Source: Nitrosopumilaceae archaeon
GTDB taxonomy: Archaea > Thermoproteota > Nitrososphaeria > Nitrososphaerales > Nitrosopumilaceae
Assembly: GCA_965200155.1 (NCBI GenBank)
Contig: CBDATR010000024.1
Span: 352,001 to 416,000 of the forward strand
Reading direction: 5' to 3'
DNA: 64,000 bases
This document shows positions 58,818 to 64,000 of the stretch, piece after piece. Below the pieces are notes generated by a model, which was not told the DNA's origin, ran no database searches, and worked only from the letters and a program-made list of their open reading frames with translations. Position numbers and translations under genes: made by a program. Every line of letters starts with the position of its first letter. Positions within the stretch are counted from its first letter, which is position 1.

Positions 58818-59288
58818 TCAGAAAGGTGAGGCGGACGTAGAGCCACCCAGCGTCTGCACTATGGTATAGGAGAGAATCCACATGAACAGGTACAGGAAGA
58901 TAAAGCTGGGCAGCGCATGGGTCACTATCTTTTTACGATCCGAGGATGGCAACTGTATCCTCATGAACTTGGCCACAAATACCGTCCCGGCAAACAGTAC
59001 AATCATGAACATAATGGACGACCAGCGCCTTGTCTCGCCCTCAAATGGTTCAAACAAGAAGGTGGCCACTATACCCGCTATTACCGCAAGTCCTATGCGG
59101 AACCAGTATAATCGGTCCATCTTGCGGTTGCGATCCTCAATGTCCATGTTACTCCGGGGTCTCTCCTGGGGTACATCCGGCGGTGGCACGTTACTATCAT
59201 CAGGCGATGGCACAGGCTCTAGGGGTGGTGTAATATCATCCGGAGTCTCACGGATGGGGGGACTCTTTTTCTTCTTGTGTTTTGCCAA
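58818..59288 (-). CDS. Three-TM membrane protein (EMC6-like topology)
   Basis: Pro-rich hydrophilic N-terminus, then three hydrophobic helices ending FMWILSYT. Confidence 0.75.
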   Translation of the reverse strand: MAKHKKKKSPPIRETPDDITPPLEPVPSPDDSNVPPPDVPQERPRSNMDIEDRNRKMDRLYWFRIGLAVIAGIVATFLFEPFEGETRRWSSIMFMIVLFAGTVFVAKFMRIQLPSSDRKKIVTHALPSFIFLYLFMWILSYTIVQTLGGSTSASPF

Positions 59289-59340
59289 GGCTACCCTACC
59301 ATGACATATGGATGGTTATATTTGCATCACTGTACAGTAC

Positions 59341-62300
59341 TCACTGGAAGCGTGTCCATACCTGGATGGGCTCATATACTGACTCGCCCCCGTGCAGCGT
59401 CGCATGCAGCATTATGGTATAGGTACCCGGCTCCTCTGTATTTACCAGAAGGGAGGTGGTAGTGTCATTCCAGGTCTTGATCGGAAAGAAGCCACCCTGT
59501 CCTATGGCTCCCACTCCCAGCCAGTTCGAGGATGGCCAGGCGGCAAACTCCCTAAAGACGCCGGGCTCCACATTACTCTGTATTAGGCTGCCTTCCGGAT
59601 CCGCCACAAAGACCGCCACACTTGTGTCATTCGACGACCAGGTGACATCTATCACTCCGGAGCTTACATCATCGGGCACATTAACATAGTATAATCGCCA
59701 GTCCCCGGACGAAAAGAGACCGCCCATGTCAAAGGAGCCCCGAACAGTATCTGATGAATACAGGGAATGAGAGCCGACACCATCATTGAGCATCTGGTAT
59801 TCACCGGCAGAGCCCGTAACCGCATAAGAGACGGGCAGATTAACCGTATGAGAATCAGACTGGAACGTCATGAACCCCTGATACACGCCACTGCCCATGC
59901 CATATGGTACCGAGAGACTGGCCCGCAATGTCACCTCTGATTGTGCGGGCACGATCACAGTATGGGTGTCCAGCCATATAGCATCCCACGTATCACGATC
60001 ATAGTAGCTGGCAGTAAGGGTATAGTCCAGGGCAGTAGAGTTGGTATCAGAGAGCCCGCTCCAGTACGACAGCTTGTACGGCACAGGATACACGCCTACA
60101 ACTGGCACCCCCGAAAATACATCTTGCGGATAGGATACCCGCATCTCCTGTACCGTACCCCAGTTGCCCGCCCTGTTCACCAGTTCAAGCTCCGAGGCAG
60201 AAATAGTTTCATCACCGTTATCATCATGCCAGTCATACAAGTATAATGAGGAAATGGTCAAGTCGTCGCCATATATCGCCGTCCCGTTTAGGAAATGATC
60301 AAACTCAAAGTTCAGGTTCAGTACTAATAGCGATGATTCCGGTATCATATCCGGCATGTAAGAGTCCGATATCGTGTTTGCCGTGCGCACCTCCGAGAGC
60401 GGTATGTAATTGGGCGCAAATACACTGGTGTCATTTATGATTGGGTCATTCTGGCGGGGCTGCGTCGTACCATTTACGTGATGGGATCGTACCAGCGACA
60501 TTTCATTGGGCTCCACCCGCACCGTAATGGGGGAGTCGCCGGGATTGTGTATGGTAAATGTGGCAGAGCTTCGACCTCCCGGTTCCAAGTGACCGGCAAA
60601 CCATGACGACATGGGATACGTCTTGTGCGGTATGTAGATATCGCCAATGCCCAGCTGAGTCCTGTTTAGTGCGTCCAGGGCAGGGCCTGTCACTTCCAGT
60701 ATATTCCGGTATGAGGCATCATTGGTGACCAAGAATATTTCTGCATCATCCTCAAAGTACTGGACGGCTGCCTCCGCGTTTACTATACCGGCACCCTGAA
60801 CCAGTGGGTCATTTCCCAGGTCTAATGCGGTAGACATTAGTATGTTCTTTACCAGGAATGGGTCATAGGATATATCATTCTTGTATGTCTGCTCCATTAT
60901 TAGGGCCGCGGCCCCGGCCACCAATGGACCGGACATGCTGGTACCGCCATATACTTCATGGGGATCCTGTTCCATCTCGATTGTAGAGCGGGTAACGGAA
61001 CTGGGAGCAAACCCAAAGGCGCCGGTCGCCATTATATCCGGAGAGACAGTCCCTATGGTTCCGGGACCCCGGGACGAAATATCTGCTACATGTCCGTAAT
61101 GACTGGAATAGTTCCCAAATCGCGGCTCGCCCTCAAATACCGGAGTGCCCACAAATATGTAATGTGAGGTAGCACCCACCATGACAGCCAGCGGGGACTC
61201 CGGGGAGTGAACTGTCCCGTATCCGTGGCCCGTATTACCCGCGCTTATCACAGTAAGCATTCCCGGATAATTATCATACAGGGAACCGGGAGTGGACATT
61301 ATACCTGCCAGTATGGAGAGGTAGTCATAACCGGGAGCGGCATCAAGTAACGGAAAGGAAGATACGCCCCAGCTATTTACGGATATATGGGCGCGGGGAC
61401 TGCCGGAATAAGTCCAGCCGGTACCATCATTGTCCATGCCCGCGGCCCACAACCATCCGTACTCGGTCCCGCCATACCACAGGGACTTTATGGGCAGTAT
61501 ATTCGCGTCCGGTGCCATTCCCGATAGGGCGTATAATTCCGTATTATTGTACACGTTATGCTGATACTGACCCTTGGATACAATGACGCCTGAAACGGCA
61601 GTACCGTGCCCGTAATAGTCCGTCATTAATCCCAAGTAGTTGCCATCAATATCAAGAGGCTCCAGCAGGGTAGCGTTTATGGATCCTGTGATGAAGCCTT
61701 CCGGCGTGACAGTGTCGCTTATAACACCGTATATATCCAAGACACGGGCCCCGGCCATTCCCGCCGAATAATCATTGAGACCATCCTCATCATGATCGTA
61801 CAATAACATCTCGTTGCCGCTACCCAGTATTATGGGGGTCTCGTCGGTAAAGTCAAAGTCATATTCGGGCAGCTGGTCTTCCGGAAGATCGAACCTTGTA
61901 AAGTCCGCCCATGACGTGGACATATCAGGGATGATAGTATCATAGACTCCCGGCGTGTGCGAGTCCGTAACCAGAATGGGCACTGCCTGTATGCCCGCGT
62001 CTGATCCCAGCACCAGTATCAATGCAACGCCCATATGGTACACGCCACTCCTGGACATGATATAGTCATCCTTGGAGTTGCCTATCTTCATGTCCGACTC
62101 TAGTAGTCCCTCCACTACGGGCTCAAGTCCCAAATCCGGGTACAGTGAATTATAGATTGGTATTACGGTGCCCTGACCCCCCCGTTCTATGTCCAGGAAT
62201 ACGCCATCACTATTCACGTATACGCCGGAGGTATATCCTTCCGGAACGGCCCCGTTCCGTATGATATCGTCGTGAATGTGCGCATAGAACGTGGAATTTG

Positions 62301-62721
62301 TGAGAACGATACCCTGACCGTCCGCATCCAGCATCAATGGCATGTTATTATCACCCCGTGCGACCGAACCTGACATGTCTGGATTGGAAAAGTCCACACC
62401 TGTATCCACGACGGCAATTACGATGCCCTTGCCGGTCACGTTGTACATGGTATTAGCGATTGTCGCGCCAGTCACGTTGCCCTGCCCCACGTCATTACTA
62501 TCATGGGTCAGTCTAATGTCCAGCGTTCCCTCCTGGGAGTCATGACCTATGCCTATCCCGCCGCCGTCCAGTATGTACCGGTATAAGCCGGACTCCTGGA
62601 ATGTATCCATCTGAACTATGTAGGGCATTCGTATGTCATGCTCTACTGTTATGTCATATTCCAGCGCATATGCGGCCGGTATTATAGCCAGCAGACCCGC
62701 CAACAACCAAGCGCCATTCAA
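59341..62721 (-). CDS. Secreted S8 subtilisin-like serine protease
   Basis: VIAVVDTGVD, GHGTAVSG, SAGNTG, GTSMSGPLVAGAAAL catalytic motifs; signal peptide. Confidence 0.95.
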   Translation of the reverse strand: MNGAWLLAGLLAIIPAAYALEYDITVEHDIRMPYIVQMDTFQESGLYRYILDGGGIGIGHDSQEGTLDIRLTHDSNDVGQGNVTGATIANTMYNVTGKGIVIAVVDTGVDFSNPDMSGSVARGDNNMPLMLDADGQGIVLTNSTFYAHIHDDIIRNGAVPEGYTSGVYVNSDGVFLDIERGGQGTVIPIYNSLYPDLGLEPVVEGLLESDMKIGNSKDDYIMSRSGVYHMGVALILVLGSDAGIQAVPILVTDSHTPGVYDTIIPDMSTSWADFTRFDLPEDQLPEYDFDFTDETPIILGSGNEMLLYDHDEDGLNDYSAGMAGARVLDIYGVISDTVTPEGFITGSINATLLEPLDIDGNYLGLMTDYYGHGTAVSGVIVSKGQYQHNVYNNTELYALSGMAPDANILPIKSLWYGGTEYGWLWAAGMDNDGTGWTYSGSPRAHISVNSWGVSSFPLLDAAPGYDYLSILAGIMSTPGSLYDNYPGMLTVISAGNTGHGYGTVHSPESPLAVMVGATSHYIFVGTPVFEGEPRFGNYSSHYGHVADISSRGPGTIGTVSPDIMATGAFGFAPSSVTRSTIEMEQDPHEVYGGTSMSGPLVAGAAALIMEQTYKNDISYDPFLVKNILMSTALDLGNDPLVQGAGIVNAEAAVQYFEDDAEIFLVTNDASYRNILEVTGPALDALNRTQLGIGDIYIPHKTYPMSSWFAGHLEPGGRSSATFTIHNPGDSPITVRVEPNEMSLVRSHHVNGTTQPRQNDPIINDTSVFAPNYIPLSEVRTANTISDSYMPDMIPESSLLVLNLNFEFDHFLNGTAIYGDDLTISSLYLYDWHDDNGDETISASELELVNRAGNWGTVQEMRVSYPQDVFSGVPVVGVYPVPYKLSYWSGLSDTNSTALDYTLTASYYDRDTWDAIWLDTHTVIVPAQSEVTLRASLSVPYGMGSGVYQGFMTFQSDSHTVNLPVSYAVTGSAGEYQMLNDGVGSHSLYSSDTVRGSFDMGGLFSSGDWRLYYVNVPDDVSSGVIDVTWSSNDTSVAVFVADPEGSLIQSNVEPGVFREFAAWPSSNWLGVGAIGQGGFFPIKTWNDTTTSLLVNTEEPGTYTIMLHATLHGGESVYEPIQVWTRFQ

Positions 62722-62747
62722 TTTATACTACATTTGTTAACGGGTTT

Positions 62748-63710
62748 TTATCTGCTTCGTGCCAAGGTGGCTATCTGTAATGCAACAATAATGGCTATCA
62801 ATGCCACAACAGGAAAGAAGAGCGAGTTCAGCTGGGATGATGCCTCCTCTATATTCAATACGGATTCGGATACGGCGCCCACGCTGCCGTCAATGTTTGA
62901 GCTTGCCTGCCGTAATGTATGGTTAAAGTTATCCACCTGCTCCTGTAGTTGGCGCAGCTCAGATGAGGTCTGTGTCAGCATCAGGTTGAGGTTAAGTATC
63001 TGCTCGGATATGCCGCCAATATCCTGCTTTAGTATGGTGGTGGCGACTGAGCCATGGGATATGGTCCCCTGATCAAAGGCCACCGCATGGAATACGTAGG
63101 TACCCTCCTGTTCCGGGATATAATCCGCATAGAATAACCCTTGGTGAAGTGTCCGAAAGGTATCAGTAATGTCCTGGACAGTGCCGTCCGGCAGGTGAAC
63201 GTGGGTGGTGCCCAGCAATGTTGTAGGGTCATTTCCCACAAGTAATCCGTCACTTGTGACCTGCACGAATATTCTCATGCTTGTATTCACCGCCGCGGTT
63301 TCCGGCGCAAACATGCTCATGTGCAGTGTGCGCTGCACCGGCGTATCCACCAATTCAGAGGTAGCAGCGAATCGCACGTTCGTGGTATCAGAGAGCCCGC
63401 CCTGTTGTGTGCTAAGTGCCTCGATAGTATAAGTGCCATAAGGGAACGTGATTGATGCTTCCGGCCACATCAGTATGGTCTGCTGAAAGTAGCCGGTTTC
63501 ATCTGCAGTAATTTGGTCGAATCGCGTAATGGTGTTGTCTGGACCAAATACCCGTATTATAATGTCCTCGCCGGGTATGGCCTGGCCGAATACAAAGAGT
63601 GGGTGACCGGTGGCATATACCTTGCTGTTAGTGTACATTTCCAGCTGGGCGTATGATAATGGTATGGTGCATATTATCAGGATACCGCACAGTAATGGTA
63701 TGGCGCGCAT
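62748..63710 (-). CDS. Exported Ig-like protein with C-terminal coiled coil and TM anchor
   Basis: Signal peptide, beta-rich domains, heptad region, C-terminal hydrophobic helix. Confidence 0.8.
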   Translation of the reverse strand: MRAIPLLCGILIICTIPLSYAQLEMYTNSKVYATGHPLFVFGQAIPGEDIIIRVFGPDNTITRFDQITADETGYFQQTILMWPEASITFPYGTYTIEALSTQQGGLSDTTNVRFAATSELVDTPVQRTLHMSMFAPETAAVNTSMRIFVQVTSDGLLVGNDPTTLLGTTHVHLPDGTVQDITDTFRTLHQGLFYADYIPEQEGTYVFHAVAFDQGTISHGSVATTILKQDIGGISEQILNLNLMLTQTSSELRQLQEQVDNFNHTLRQASSNIDGSVGAVSESVLNIEEASSQLNSLFFPVVALIAIIVALQIATLARSR

Positions 63711-63879
63711 GAAGTTTTATGTATGACTCCCGATAATATGGATTATGGGTCAGTGCCAGGGATGTAATGTAGTGCCAGTTGCGACTAGCGCTCTTGTGAT
63801 CACGCGCTCAACCAGTATGCACAATCTTGGGCGCAGTTGGACTCATATCAGTTGTTCAACAAATATGGCAATACGCATG

Positions 63880-63978
63880 GTATGAGTTCACGTCTTCCGG
63901 AATCTTATGCACAAAAGAACCGGTTCTTTAACTGTCGCGATCAGTTATGCGTAAATTTAGACACAGGTGAACTCATAC
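63880..63978 (-). mobile_element. MITE family 1, variant (99 bp)
   Basis: 8-bp target duplication tacgcatg; carries the agaaccggttct replacement. Confidence 0.95.
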
Positions 63979-64000
63979 TACGCATGAGCTGATAACGTGT

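Overview
Archaeal chromosome segment from an ammonia-oxidiser-type thaumarchaeon (Nitrosopumilaceae, probably a Cenarchaeum-like host-associated lineage; this is an inference from gene content, the thaumarchaeal 'IPxWVKNxAxWWAxG' surface repeat, FN3/cadherin-like proteins and heavy IS decay). The core backbone is ordinary: PhoU regulator-pstCAB-phoU, heme o synthase, Cdc48, EF-1beta, geranylgeranyl reductase, Pth2, TruD, TiaS, Dph2, RPA, Lhr, ArgH, PriS/PriL, archease, thioredoxin, aIF5B, Ndk, L24e/S28e/L7Ae, phosphohexomutase, Alba, Rieske/cytochrome b, S8 protease, tRNA-iMet (with an apparent D-loop intron) and tRNA-Leu(CAG). The intergenic and accessory DNA is unusual. It holds 16 copies of a 92-bp MITE with 8-bp target duplications, decayed IS66, IS481, IS5 and TnpB elements, and a 4.4-kb composite transposon bounded by two inverted ~250-bp MITEs that carries an FN3 surface-protein gene. 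A second FN3/cadherin gene sits in a segment that appears inverted between two MITEs. Both surface-protein genes have poly-G tracts in the signal-peptide coding region (candidate phase variation). There are also 22-bp hairpin micro-elements with 5-bp target duplications, short palindromic cassettes swapped into MITEs, a CRISPR-acquisition-like 37-bp duplication pattern, and an unannotated 42-aa metallothionein-like ORF. All product calls are from motif recognition by eye; no searches were run.
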